Below are positions 1-10,810 of a DNA stretch of 64,000 nucleotides, one piece after another. The number at the start of each line of letters is the position of its first letter. The first letter of the stretch is position 1. Under the pieces are notes generated by a model. The model was not told the origin of the DNA, searched no databases, and saw only the letters and a program-made list of their open reading frames with translations. Both the position numbers and the translations under genes were made by a program. Source of the stretch: Dehalococcoidia bacterium (lineage in GTDB: Bacteria; Chloroflexota; Dehalococcoidia; Bin125); assembly GCA_963663235.2 (NCBI GenBank), contig CAXXNO010000005.1, positions 1 to 64,000 of the forward strand, written 5' to 3'.

Positions 1-872
1 TGAGCATCCCCACCGTGCGGTTCTGCGCCAGGAAATGGCGCGCCACCGCCGCCGCCGTCGTGACGCCGTACTCCACCGTCGATTCGTCGCCCTCGCCGGC
101 CTGCGCCGGCCGGCTCAGATCGAGGATCACCCAGAGGTGCGACGAGGGATCCAGTTCAAACGTCTTGACCATCAACTGCCCCGTGCGCACGGTGCTGGGC
201 CAGTGGATGCGATTGAAACTGTCGCCGGGCTCGTAGCCGCGCACACCCGCGGCGTTTGGGGTGACGTAGTGAGTCCGGCGCCGGTAGCGTCCTTCACCAG
301 GCAGGTTGGCCGGCGGCACGTTGTAGCCGGGGCAGGTCGAGCGGGCGCGGGTACACCAGGATCTCCTGCGGCCGGCCGAAGTGCTGTTCGGAGCGGAACA
401 GGTCAAAGAGATCGGCGACGCGCACCGTCACGGCGCCCAGCGTGTAGGCCCCCCGCCGGACGCACGGCGTGGCGACCTCCCAACTGCGGCGCGACCGCGA
501 CGGCAACGAGATCACCCGCCGCACCCGCCGGCCGGGAAAATCGGATTCGGCGTCCACCTCCAGCCACAGCTTGGGCAGGAGCGCCTGGTTCTCTACCTCG
601 AACCGCTCGACGATCGACTCCCCCACTTGCAGCCGCGTGCTCGCCAGCCGCCGCTGCAGCCCCAGCCCGGAGCCGTGCGCCCAGGTCCAAAACGCGCCCG
701 CCGCCAGCCCGAACAGCAGGAAATAGCCGATACGGAACGGGAGCCAGTGGTTGGAAGCGAACGCTAGTACGAAGGCGATCACCAAGGCGATGACCACTCC
801 GGTTAACGCCGGCCGCGTGCCCAACGTGGCGCCGTACGCGCTCCGCAGCATCCCCGGGCCGGGCGCCGTCAT
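1..872 (-). CDS. DUF58 domain protein (MoxR partner); 3' end outside window, one frameshift near 330
   Basis: ATG at 872 overlaps the MoxR stop (ATGA). N-terminal TM pair, then RRGAYTLGAVTVRVADLFDLF...ILVYP. Removing one C from a C run near 330 continues into VRGYEPGDSFNRIHWPSTVRTGQLMVKTFE, the DUF58 signature. Confidence 0.85.
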
Positions 873-1829
873 CGCGATCCCGCGCGTGCACCTGGCACCG
901 ACACTCGGCTGAGCGCCTCCTCCACTACGCTCCGGGAATCGGTCTCCTGGGCCTGCGCCGTGGGGCTGACGATGATGCGATGAGCAAGGGCCGGGCCGGC
1001 CAGCGCCTTGACGTCGTCGGGGATGCCGTAGTCGCGGCCGCTGAGCAGGGCCTCGGCCTGGGCGCAGCGGAAAAGCGCCAGCGACCCCCGCGGCGACGCA
1101 CCCAGGTACACCGCCGGGTGGCTCCGCGTCGTGTTTGTGATCTCCACGATGTATTGCTTGATCAGCGGGTCCACCCACACGTTCCGCACGGCCGCGTGGA
1201 GTTCACGGATCGTCTCCGGGTCGGACACGGGCTGGAGACTCCGTGATCGGATGGCGCTCTTGCTGGCCCTCCAGGATCGCCACCTCGTCCGCGGGATCCG
1301 GGTACCCCAGGTGAAGCCGCAGCAAGAATCGGTCCAGTTGCGCTTCCGGCAAGGGCAACGTCCCCTCGTATTCCACTGGATTCTGCGTCGCCATCACCAT
1401 GAACGGCTGCGGCAATGGCCGCGTCACGCCGTCGACCGTGATCTGCCGCTCTTCCATCGACTCCAGCAGCGCCGACTGCGTCTTCGGGGTGGCGCGGTTG
1501 ATCTCATCGGCCAAGACGATCTGCGCCACGATCGGCCCGGCCCGGTATTCGAAATCGCCGCTCTTCTGGTTGTAGATCGAGACGCCCGTGACGTCAGATG
1601 GCAAGAGGTCGGGCGTGAACTGGATCCGGCTGAACCCGCAGCCCGTCGAGACCGCCAGCGCGCGCGCCAGCATCGTCTTGCCCGTACCGGGCACGTCCTC
1701 GATCAGCAGGTGGCCGTTGCTCACGAGCGCGATGACGGCCTCCGCCACCGCGCGGCTCTTCCCCAAGATCACCCGCTCGACGTTTTGCGTGATCCGCAGC
1801 AGACTCCCCTGCGGGTCGTCCACTTGCAT
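869..1829 (-). CDS. moxR: MoxR-family AAA+ ATPase, one frameshift near 1241
   Basis: [13 protein letters not shown] (Walker A), [55 protein letters not shown]. The C-terminal GASPRG...PDDVK..LAHRII lies in the adjacent frame (869..1228). Confidence 0.92.
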
Positions 1830-1959
1830 CCTCCGCCGTCGCCCGTCCGCCCGTCGAACTCTGTGGCCCGACGATACCACGCCGCGCGCCCCGTTCTGCC
1901 ACGGGTCCCGGTTGAGGATAGCGCCCTCGGCCCGATTGGCGGCGCGCCGTCAGGGTGCG

Positions 1960-2330
1960 GTATGGCCGAGTCGCGTGGTAGGAGCGAACGTACTCGCACA
2001 GGATCCGCCGGCGGTGTCCCTCACCGAGGATGATCAGGTGGTCGAGACACTCGCGGCGGCCATCCCGACCCAGCGCTCTGCGATGGTGTTCGCCTGCGGA
2101 GTGCGCACGCGAGTGAGCACGGTTTCAATCCCAATGGCCCGAGCGCGTGGCACGAAGCCGCCGCCGTAGCACGTGTCGCGATCGCGGATCAGACAGCGCG
2201 GCTGCCGGCTCCCGGGCGTTGCCGCGATGAACCGCCGCCACCCCCACGTCACCGTCGGATGGGCCGTCACGTTCCAATGCACGATCTGGCGGCGGTCGTA
2301 AGCGCGTTGACCTGGGTCGCGAGCATCCAC
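1960..2330 (-). mobile_element. Degraded integrase-core (rve) IS transposase fragment
   Basis: RRQIVHWNVTAHPT...CLIRDRDTCYGGGF...GIETVLTRVRTPQANTIAERWVG resembles the DDE core of IS3/IS481-like transposases; truncated at both ends. Confidence 0.8.
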
Positions 2331-2367
2331 GCGGCATGCGATACGGACGAGGCGCAACCGGCGGGCG

Positions 2368-4712
2368 TTACTCTGCTGCCGGCGCTCCCGCGGCCGAGCC
2401 TGCCACCTCATACGTCCACGCGCTCGACTCGGTCATGATGAGGAATACAGGTTGCAAGCGATCGAGTTCCGCGACCTGCGTGAGGAACGCAGGGCCGTCC
2501 GGGCGGTACGCCAGCCACTGCTGCGTTACGGAAATCGTGTACGAAGGCTGCCACGAGTCCGGGGGACTTCCCCGAGGATGTCGTCAATGGGCCCGCTCGC
2601 GCCAGTGTAGGAGACGAGATTCGAACCGGTCCGGAGGGCGATGCGCCTCATCCCACTGGCCGGCAGAAGGTCGATCTGGCTGAACGGCGCCGTTCGGTCC
2701 ACTGCCAGTAGCAGCGCGTCGCCTTGCTGCAGCGTCGTCAGCGTATTGACGAAGGCCGGGGCGCCGAGAGTAAACGTCTCGTACTGCTGCGTGGCCGAAT
2801 TGAACCGGAAGACCGCGGTCACCGCTCCGCCGAACGAAGCGACGAATTCCTCCACCCTGGTTCCTGAGACGCCTGTGAACGTGAGCGCGTTGAAGCCACT
2901 ATCGAGTGTAGGGATCGCAGCGGGGAGGAAGAAATCAAGGCTCCACTCCGGGAATTCGCTCGGGGGTGCCGACCCCACGGGAGCGAGGATCAGGCCGTTG
3001 AGATCGTCCTCCAGATGGAAGAGTGCGCCGGCGGGCGGAGCATCCCAGCCCGCACTGAACGCGAAGTCCGGCGGCAGGATCACCTGCACGCAAGTGCCAA
3101 GGCTCGCGAGCTGCGCGCCGGCTCCGTAGCCCAGGGCGATGGCAACGACGTCCCGGAGGGGAGCCAGCGTATACGACTGTGTGGTGAGTTCGCTCAGGCT
3201 GCACCCGCCGCCAAGCTGCGCCGTGCGAATCCCAGCCGCTCGCAGTACGGACGGAGGCAGAGAGAGGGGAGTTTCTTGCCGCACCTGACTTACGGCCAGG
3301 GCGTGCTTCGCTGAAATCATCGCCGAAGAGGAGATCGAAGTCCACGACAGGTGGCTCGCCGTCCACGCTGGTCAAGTCGCTGACGACAGGGTTGTGCCGC
3401 GGAACTCAATATGGAGTCGTGAGCGCCGCTCAAGATCGGGTTGTGGACCCCGCTGAGCGTCGGGCTGTGCGCGCTGCTGACGGTGGGGTCGTGGGCGCCG
3501 CTCAGCACCGCATCGTGGAAGCCGCTGAGGTGCGGGTCATGCGCGGCGCTGGCCAGCGGGTCGTGCGCGGAACTCAACGTGGCATCGTGCGCCGCACTGA
3601 GCACGGAGTCGTGGAAACCGCTCAGCGTCGCATCGTGCGCAGCGCTCTCTACGGGGCTGTGGAAGGTGCTGAGGTCTGGGGCGTGCTCCCCGCTCAAACT
3701 GAACGCCGGGTCTTGGAGGCCACTCCACGTGGGATCGTGATCCGCACTGAGGGCCGGGCCGTGTGCCCCACTGAACAAGGGGTCGTGGGCGGCGCTGAGC
3801 TCGGGATTATGCGCCGCGCTGTACAACGGGTCGTGCAGGCCGCTAATCACGGCGTCATGGCCGCCACTGAGGACGGGGTCGTGCAGGCCGCTCGTGAACG
3901 GCGTGTGCGCACCACTCAGAGTCGAGTCGTGCTGGCCGCTCAGCAATGGATTGTGCACGCCGCTCAAGAACGGATCGTGGGCGCCGCTGCTGGCCGGCTC
4001 GTGCGCGCCACTCATCGCAGGATCATGGAGGGCGCTGACGAAGGGGCTGTGGGGCAAGTGTAATGACACCACTGAGCGCCGGATCGTGCGCCCCGCTCGT
4101 CGCCGGATCGTGGCCAGCGCTCAACACGGGATCGTGGGCGGTGCTGAACGTGGGGTCATGGAGCCCGCTCGTGAAGGCGTTGTGGACGCTGCTCAGCGTA
4201 GGATCGTGGGCTCCGCTCAAGAACGGGTCGTGGCCATCGCTGAGCGCCGGGCCATGGGCGCCGCTGAAGAACGGAATCGTGGACGCCGCTGATAACGGGG
4301 TCGTGGCCACCGCTCACGAAGGGGTCGTGGAAGCCGCTGATCTCGGCGTCGTGGCCACCGCTCACGAAGGGGTCGTGGAAGCCGCTCACCACCGGGTCGT
4401 GCGTACCGGCATCGCTGAACGCGGGGGTCGTGCAGGCCGCTCACGTAGGGATCATGTCCACCGCTCGCAACGGGATCGTGCGCCCCGCTCAAGACCGGGT
4501 CCTGGGCCCCGCTCAGCACCGCGTCGTGGCCGCCGCTGAGGAACGGGTCCGTGGACGCCGCTGATCGCGGGGTCGTGCCCGCCGCTGGCGGCGGGGTCGT
4601 GGAAGCCGCTGGCGGCGGGGTCGTGCAGTGGCTCTCCGGCCTTCAGTGCCGTCGGCGTGAGCACCAACAAAAGCATGAGTGATGGCAGGAAGGCGACCAG
4701 GCGACGGATCAT
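2368..4712 (-). CDS. Secreted His-rich octapeptide-repeat protein with C-terminal tandem ~75-aa module; reconstructed across several single-base frameshifts
   Basis: Signal peptide MIRRLVAFLPSLMLLLVLTPTALKA after a GGAG RBS. About 51 HDPxxSGx repeats are spread over ORFs 4452..4712, 4217..4519, 4156..4392, 4023..4310 and 3317..4072. The globular part is ORF 2526..3320, and the last segment QQWLAYRPDGPAFLTQVAEL... ends at TAA 2370-2368. Confidence 0.7.
3372..4626 (-). repeat. Coding tandem repeat, 24-nt unit (about 51 copies)
   Basis: Plus-strand units such as ...gctgag/gctcag...gggtcgtg recur with a 24-nt period and translate on the minus strand to H-D-P-x-x-S-G/A-x. Confidence 0.9.
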
Positions 4713-5202
4713 GTCAGCAACTCCACCGGATCAGCGAAACGCGGCGCTGCCGAAGGCAACTGCTCGACGCTTGTTGGCTTCAGGAAATCGCGGCCTAGAG
4801 GGCATGCGGCTCCCGCTCTTGAGTCGATTCCTTCACTTAACAGTCGAGGGAAGGCACGACTTGTGACGCGACCCACGCATCAGGCCATCGTCGGTCGGGG
4901 CGGCTCCCTCTCGTCCGCTGTCCCGAAGGTCGGGGACTCAACGACTCGAATCGATCATCGGCAGGGAGCGGCGATCCACGCAGACTGCGAGTTCGTGCCG
5001 CGTTGGGACCACGGGGCCGTATCCCCCAATGAACCGCAGCGGGGCGCGGTTTGCGACACCACCAAGGTGGGTGCTCCGCGAGACAGACGGCTCCGGCGCC
5101 AAGGGGCTGGGCCATCCAACCGCCGGGTTTCCCCGCACAGACGGCGGACTCGATCGGACCGACGATCTCCCTGGAGGGTGCCACCCTCCCCGAGGCTGTG
5201 CC

Positions 5203-6348
5203 GTGGCATGTTTCTCCTTGTGGAGATCGGGACTATCGCGCCCGGGCCGTTCGTTGCTCGTCGGGCTCGGGCTCACTGTCGCGACACTGCTCGCGGCGGC
5301 CTGCGCTAGCGACGGAGGGGAGACGACCGCAACTGAGGCTGCGGTGGACGGCGCGACCAGTTACGTGCTCTTTCACGAACGCTTGATCGAGGGGTTCACC
5401 AGCGACGGCGTCGATCTCGACGATGCGGATTCAGTGTTCGCCCGCGTGTTCGCGGCGCTGCCGGACGAGGTCAAGGTGCTGCCGTCGGAGAATTACTACT
5501 ATTCCATCCTCAACGTCGACGGGCGGCAGGTATGGGGAAACCTCCGCCTCCCGGCGGGGCGTCGCGAGCACGGCGTGCTGTCGTTCGGGTACTTCGAGTT
5601 CATCGAGTTCCCTACACTCACGAATCGCGGGATCAGCGGCTCGAAGTTCTACACCGAAGCGGACGGGGTGCGGGTACAAGAGATCGATCCGCTCACCTAC
5701 TCGGTGCGGTTCGACGGCAAGACCGTAACGTTCCACTTCAATCCACTGGACCAGAACATGCCGGATGCACTGGTGCTGTCGCCGGACGAGCGGTTTATCC
5801 AACGCACGTTCGATGAGTCGGGGTACCAGTTCTACCTGATCTTCAACGAGCGGGACGACCATTTCCTCTGGGTGCTTAGCGAGGAGGAACCCGTACCGGA
5901 CGTGCTGGACCCCATGGCAGACGACGTTCTGGTGGGGCGGCGGAGCGGGTTCGCCTTCTGGATGGACAAGGCCCATAACGACCGCAAGGTGTTGATCGGG
6001 GTGCGGCAACTGAACATCCGCCGGAACGATTACTACGACGGACCGTTCGACCAGCTGGCCGACAACTACGCCGACGAGACGCGCATTGCCGAATTCATGC
6101 AGCGCGCGTATCCGAGCCTCTCGGGGCGGATCGATAAGTATGGCTACTACACCGACCGTGAGCAGCCGCTCCGAGTGGCCCTTTCCACGTACTACACGTA
6201 CGCAGCGATCTCCGACTTGATAGCGTTGGCGTCACGAGTCCGAAGTGCGACGGACCCCTACCTGCTTATCTCGCGCGGCGGGCGGCCTGGCGTGGCGACG
6301 TCGCTGGGGAGCGGCGCCGGATCCGAGGCGGCCGTGCAAGGCTCCTGA
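5203..6348 (+). CDS. Hypothetical lipoprotein (start uncertain)
   Basis: Long ORF with coding-like codon use; hydrophobic stretch ending in a lipobox LLAAAC (Cys codon 5302); aromatic-rich globular body (LPSENYYY...WGNLRL; NDYYDGPFDQLADN). No family recognised. Confidence 0.7.
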   Translation: MACFSLWRSGLSRPGRSLLVGLGLTVATLLAAACASDGGETTATEAAVDGATSYVLFHERLIEGFTSDGVDLDDADSVFARVFAALPDEVKVLPSENYYYSILNVDGRQVWGNLRLPAGRREHGVLSFGYFEFIEFPTLTNRGISGSKFYTEADGVRVQEIDPLTYSVRFDGKTVTFHFNPLDQNMPDALVLSPDERFIQRTFDESGYQFYLIFNERDDHFLWVLSEEEPVPDVLDPMADDVLVGRRSGFAFWMDKAHNDRKVLIGVRQLNIRRNDYYDGPFDQLADNYADETRIAEFMQRAYPSLSGRIDKYGYYTDREQPLRVALSTYYTYAAISDLIALASRVRSATDPYLLISRGGRPGVATSLGSGAGSEAAVQGS

Positions 6349-6367
6349 GGCGAGAGCGTGGTTCGGC

Positions 6368-8167
6368 TCAGTTCTGGCCGCGCGCCCGCTGCATCTCGGC
6401 GCGCAGCCGCGCTGTGGCCCCTTCGTCGATCTCGTACTGCAGCGTCCGCCGATCGATCTCATTCACCACCACGCCGTACCGCGCCCGCGCCTCGGCGATG
6501 GTGACGTAGTCATCCATCACATCCTCCAGCACACGCTGGACCGAACGCTCCAGGGAATCCCCGTAACCGCCGCCGCCGGAAGACCAAAAATGCAGGATCG
6601 TTCCCACATCCAAGAAGACATTGACGACGTTCAGGCCCAGCCGCTGCTGCTCTTCCGTCCCCTCCTGCACCACGAGGCCCGCCAGCCCGCCCGGCTCGCC
6701 GCCGAAGATGCCGGGGGATCCGAAGCGCTCGCGGTTGCCGAAATCGCTCATTCGCCCGGAGTGGAACGGCAGCTCGAACACCTGATCCAGCGCCAGCCCG
6801 CCGCGCGACCGTCCGGGGCCGCCGGAATCCGTCAGCAGTTGGTAGCGCCGCCAGAGGACCGGATAGCGGCGTTCCTGCAACTCCACCGGCACGTTCTGGA
6901 TGGTGGCCGCGTACGCCGTGCCGACCGTGTTCGCGCCATCTTTCGTCAGAGTGCCGCCCATGCCGCCGTAGGCCCAGACGTAGAACGTATACGGCGATTC
7001 GAACCCGTCCCGCGAGTCGAAACCGTTGTAGGTCGTGTTCAAGATCGTGGAGTAGACACCGGCGCCCCGCTCAGGCAGCGCCTGGCTGAGCGCCAGCATC
7101 GTCGCGCCGATGATGCACTCCACGCTCGATGAGGCCTGAGTGGAGATGGCCACCGGCGGCTGGGCGTAGACCAGCGAGCCGGGGCGGGCTTTGAGCTCCA
7201 TCGCGCGCAGGATGCCGCCGTTCATCGGCATCGGCGGCAGGATCGCTCCCAGCCCGCACAGGACGCCCGAGAGCGTGGCGGGCCGCGTCGCGTTGATGCT
7301 GTATTCTTTCGCGTCGTCGTTCTCCGTGAGGTCGAAGGTGATGTGCTCACCCTCGATGATCGCCTTGACACGGATGGTCACCGGGTCGCCGGTGGCCAGA
7401 TCTTTGTCGATGCGATCCTCGCCCACGTAGACGCCGTCCGGGAGCTTGCGCAGGGCGGCGCGCAGCATCCGCGCCGCGTAGCCTTGCGTCTCCTCCATGG
7501 ACGCCATGACAGCGTCCAAGCCGTGCCGCTCGATCAGGACTTGGATGCGCGCATCGCCGGTCTGGAGTGCGGCGCACTGGGCGCGGAGGTCGCCCATACG
7601 CTCCCAGCTCTCCCGCATGTTCGCCATCAGGAGCCGGACAAGGTCATCCTGCAGTTCGTCCCGCTGGAAGACCTTGACCGGGGGAATACGCATGCCTTCC
7701 TCATAGAAGGTCCGGGCCTCCGAATTCAGGGACCCGGGGACGGCGCCGCCGACGTCCGTCCAGTGCGCCGTGTTGGCGACGAATGCCACGCGCTTGCCTT
7801 GGTAAAAAATCGGCTTGATGAAGTGGATGTCGTTGCAGTGGGTGCTGGCGACGTAGGGGTCATTGATCATGAAGATATCGCCAGGCTCCATGCCCTCGTC
7901 CCCGACCTGGCGGAGGACCTCGGGCACGGTGCTCATGCTCACCCCGACGAACGCGGGCAGGTCGAACTCGCTGCGGGCCGCCAGGTTGCCGTCGCGGTCG
8001 TACACCGTGCCGGCGAAATCTCGCGCCTCGTTCACCGCGATTGAGTAGGCGCTCTTCGAGAGCACTACCGCCATCTCGGCGCACACCGCGTTGAGCGAGT
8101 TGCGGATGACCTCGAACTGGACTGGGTCAAAGGGGGCCGCATCGGCTTTGCGCGTCGTCTCTGCCAT
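6368..8167 (-). CDS. Hydantoinase B/oxoprolinase family protein (paralog 1)
   Basis: DPVQFEVIRNSL, NDPYVASTHCND, AHWTDVGGAVPGS, DSGGPGRSRGG, GGGGYGD. Likely start is MAETTRK at 8167; the longer ORF runs into REP-like repeats. Confidence 0.92.
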   Translation of the reverse strand: MAETTRKADAAPFDPVQFEVIRNSLNAVCAEMAVVLSKSAYSIAVNEARDFAGTVYDRDGNLAARSEFDLPAFVGVSMSTVPEVLRQVGDEGMEPGDIFMINDPYVASTHCNDIHFIKPIFYQGKRVAFVANTAHWTDVGGAVPGSLNSEARTFYEEGMRIPPVKVFQRDELQDDLVRLLMANMRESWERMGDLRAQCAALQTGDARIQVLIERHGLDAVMASMEETQGYAARMLRAALRKLPDGVYVGEDRIDKDLATGDPVTIRVKAIIEGEHITFDLTENDDAKEYSINATRPATLSGVLCGLGAILPPMPMNGGILRAMELKARPGSLVYAQPPVAISTQASSSVECIIGATMLALSQALPERGAGVYSTILNTTYNGFDSRDGFESPYTFYVWAYGGMGGTLTKDGANTVGTAYAATIQNVPVELQERRYPVLWRRYQLLTDSGGPGRSRGGLALDQVFELPFHSGRMSDFGNRERFGSPGIFGGEPGGLAGLVVQEGTEEQQRLGLNVVNVFLDVGTILHFWSSGGGGYGDSLERSVQRVLEDVMDDYVTIAEARARYGVVVNEIDRRTLQYEIDEGATARLRAEMQRARGQN

Positions 8168-8242
8168 GCGCTGTCTGTCCTTCCCTGCGCGGGCGTCGGA
8201 GCGGCCGCCACGCCTCGCTGCGCGTCGACAGAAGATAGCAGA

Positions 8243-8507
8243 CCTCACCCCCCGGCCCTCCTTCGACCCTTCGACAAGCTCAGGGCAGGCAAGCCCAGGA
8301 CAGGCCTCTCCATCGGGAAGCGATGGAGAGGGGGAATGGTGGGAAGCGAGGGGTAGTGGGGAAACCTCACCCCCTAGCCCCCTCTCCATCGGCAAGCGAT
8401 GGAGAGGGGGAAGGAGAAGGGCAGATCACAGGGCCGCCCCGTTCTCCTTCGACCCTTCGACAAGCTCAGGACAGGCCTCTCCATCGGCAAGCGATGGAGA
8501 GGGGGAG
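8243..8507. repeat. Cluster of REP-like palindromes
   Basis: Three copies of the hairpin CTCTCCATCG-G(G/C)AAG-CGATGGAGAG (8306, 8382, 8477) and two copies of CCTTCGACCCTTCGACAAGCTCAGG(G/A)CAGGC. Confidence 0.85.
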
Positions 8508-8619
8508 ATAAGGAGGGCCAGGAGGAATGCCCAGATTGTGAAGTCCAGCGCATCCATAGCGCTGCGATCCTCGGTGCGTGCAAGGAAACTGCACAAAGTA
8601 CAAATGACTCATTTTCGGG

Positions 8620-8928
8620 TGCGCCCGCCCGCTCCCCAACATCGTGGGCGAGCAGCGGGTGCAGGTGGGCCAACGCATCGTCTCGCTCTCGGCAGGCGGT
8701 GGCGGCTACGGCGACCCCCACACCCGCGACCCCCAAGCCGTCCTCCGGGACGTCGTCGAGGGCTACATCTCCATCGACCGCGCCCGAGCGGTCTACGGGG
8801 TCGCCGCCCGCGGCGACGCGCAGCGGCGCGAGACGCTCTCCGTCGATGCGCCTGGCACCGCCCGGCTCCGCGGGGACCGCACCCGTGATCGCACCGAGCC
8901 CCCCGATCGGTGCCCTGTCACCCTCTGA
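8620..8928 (+). pseudogene. C-terminal remnant of a hydantoinase B gene
   Basis: LPNIVGEQRVQVGQRIVSLSAGGGGYGDPHTRDPQAVLRDVVEGYISIDRARAVYGV aligns by eye with the C-terminus of 52234..54048; about 500 aa of N-terminus are missing. Confidence 0.85.
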
Positions 8929-9005
8929 GCGACGCTGCCGGTGACGTAGAATACCCCGTCACACTACGGCGGCCGCAGGCCGCCAAGGATGTAGAGGAGC
9001 CAGCC

Positions 9006-10235
9006 ATGACCGTGGGACCGCTGACCGGCATCAAGATGATCGAGTGCAGCACCTGGGGGTTCGGACCCTTAGCAGGCCTGATGCTGGGCGACATGGGGGC
9101 GGACGTCATCAAGATCGAGAGTCCCGACCGGCCCGACGCGGCCCGCCACGTCATGAATGTCGCCGGCATCGATAACCAGATGCCGGATGGGCGCAGCGCT
9201 CTCTTCGAGACCGTGAACCGCAACAAGCGGTCGCTGGCGCTCAACCTCAAGACGGAGCGCGGCCGGCGGATCTTCAAAGAGCTGATGAAGGACACGGACG
9301 TCTTCCTGGAGAACTACCGGCCGGGCGCATTCGACAAGATGGGGCTGGGGTACGACGTGCTCTCCAAGTTCAACCCTCGCCTCATCTACGCCTCCACTGC
9401 CGGCTACGGCTTCAAGGGCGAGGAGGCCCACAAGCCGGCGCTGGACGTCGTCGGCCAGGCCCGCTCCGGGTTCATGTGGACCTCCGGCGCGCCGGGTGAC
9501 CCGCCGAACTGGAACACCATGGGCGTCGCCGACATCATGGGCGCGGGCATGCTGGCCTACGGCATCGTCGCCGCCGTGGCGGGTCGGGAGTTGCAGGGCG
9601 GCCGCGGTCAGAAGGTGGAGGTCTCCCACCTCATGGCGAACATGTGGCTCTCCTTCTGGGGAATCAGCGTCTCCATGCTCAAGGGCTACGAGGACTGGCC
9701 CCGATTCGACCGGCACAGCGCCGGCAATCCGCTCTGGAACCTCTACGAATGCAGCGACGGCGAATGGCTGATCCTGGGCATCATCGAGGCCGAACGCCAC
9801 TGGCCGGGATTCTGCGAGGTGGTGGGGCTCGAGAAGCTCAGCGACGACCCGCGGTTCGAGAATATGGAGAAGCGCAACGAGAACGCCGTGGAGTTGATTC
9901 AGATCCTGGATGCGCACTTCGCCACGGCGGATCGCGCCGAATGGGAAGAGCGGCTGAGCCGGAATCCCGATCTCATCTACACGCGCGTGCAGCGCATCGG
10001 CGATCTCCCCAGCGACCCCGCCGTGCTGGCCAATGACTACTTAATCGATCACGAACACCGGCATTTCGGCACGGTGAAACTGCTGTCCCACCCGGTGAAC
10101 TTCACCGCCATGCCGGCGACCATCCGCCGCGACGCGCCCGACTTGGGCGAGCACAGCGCGGAAATCCTGAAAGAGCGGCTGGGTTACAACGACGACCAGA
10201 TCGCCGATCTCGTCGTGGAGGGGGTGCTCTCATAG
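9006..10235 (+). CDS. CaiB/BaiF family III CoA-transferase
   Basis: GPLTGIK, LGDMGADVIKIESP, NRNKRSLALNLK, DVFLENYRPG, APDLGEHS; GAGGAG RBS before ATG 9006. Confidence 0.95.
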   Translation: MTVGPLTGIKMIECSTWGFGPLAGLMLGDMGADVIKIESPDRPDAARHVMNVAGIDNQMPDGRSALFETVNRNKRSLALNLKTERGRRIFKELMKDTDVFLENYRPGAFDKMGLGYDVLSKFNPRLIYASTAGYGFKGEEAHKPALDVVGQARSGFMWTSGAPGDPPNWNTMGVADIMGAGMLAYGIVAAVAGRELQGGRGQKVEVSHLMANMWLSFWGISVSMLKGYEDWPRFDRHSAGNPLWNLYECSDGEWLILGIIEAERHWPGFCEVVGLEKLSDDPRFENMEKRNENAVELIQILDAHFATADRAEWEERLSRNPDLIYTRVQRIGDLPSDPAVLANDYLIDHEHRHFGTVKLLSHPVNFTAMPATIRRDAPDLGEHSAEILKERLGYNDDQIADLVVEGVLS

Positions 10236-10237
10236 CC

Positions 10238-10343
10238 TGTGGAGGCACAAGATTCTATCCGGCTCGCTCCAATCCGCTCACCGCGGCCTGGTAGGTCTTC
10301 GATTGGCCCAGAAACCGAGCGGATGTATTTTTCGTGCGCCACA
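10238..10343 (-). mobile_element. ~105-bp MITE-like element, copy A (inverted); a degenerate copy follows at ~10351-10456
   Basis: Reverse complement begins TGTGGCGCACGAAAAATACATCCG and ends CGGATAGAATCTTGTGCCTCCACA, matching copies B-E. Confidence 0.75.
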
Positions 10344-10585
10344 AGTTTTCGCGCCCCGTACCCAAACCCTATCCGCGCCTAGATCTGGCAGAACGGATCC
10401 GATCAGGCCGAGATCCGCGAGCTAATAGCGGGCGGAAGGAATATTGAGCCACCACAGGGGCCCAACCCGGGCGTCGGAAGCCCGCACGGGAAATCGAGCA
10501 GCAACCTTGCAGTTCCTTCATCAGTTCTTCACAGCGCGATCGCCATGCTCACCACGACGAGTCGATCACGAAGGGAACTCTGAGG

Positions 10586-10792
10586 ATGCCCAGGACCATC
10601 TTGATCGCAGTAGTGGCGTTCGCGCTCGTCGCCCTGACGTTGGTCGCCACCGTGGGAGCCGCGGGGGATCCCCCGCCGGTCGCGAGTGGGGCGACCGGGG
10701 CGCACCAGTGTCAAGCATCATCGGAGGCGCGCTGGACGCCGCATCGCCCGCGGGCGGACGGAATGCTCCGGCCTGCGACGTACAGCGCTTGA
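10586..10792 (+). CDS. Putative small secreted/membrane peptide (68 aa)
   Basis: Signal-peptide-like N-terminus (MPRTILIAVVAFALVALTLVATVGAA); ends 18 nt before the S8 protease start. Confidence 0.4.
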   Translation: MPRTILIAVVAFALVALTLVATVGAAGDPPPVASGATGAHQCQASSEARWTPHRPRADGMLRPATYSA

Positions 10793-10810
10793 AGGGGCGG
10801 AGGTGCTCTT

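Noticed and set aside
3372-4626. 24-nt periodic array as a CRISPR or non-coding repeat
   Set aside because: There is no constant repeat with unique spacers. Variation is codon-structured and preserves a peptide motif behind a signal peptide, and no cas genes are present.
8168-8395. N-terminal extension of hydantoinase B in the ORF track
   Set aside because: It is translated REP-like repeat sequence (ACPELVEG); homology to paralog 2 starts near 8167.
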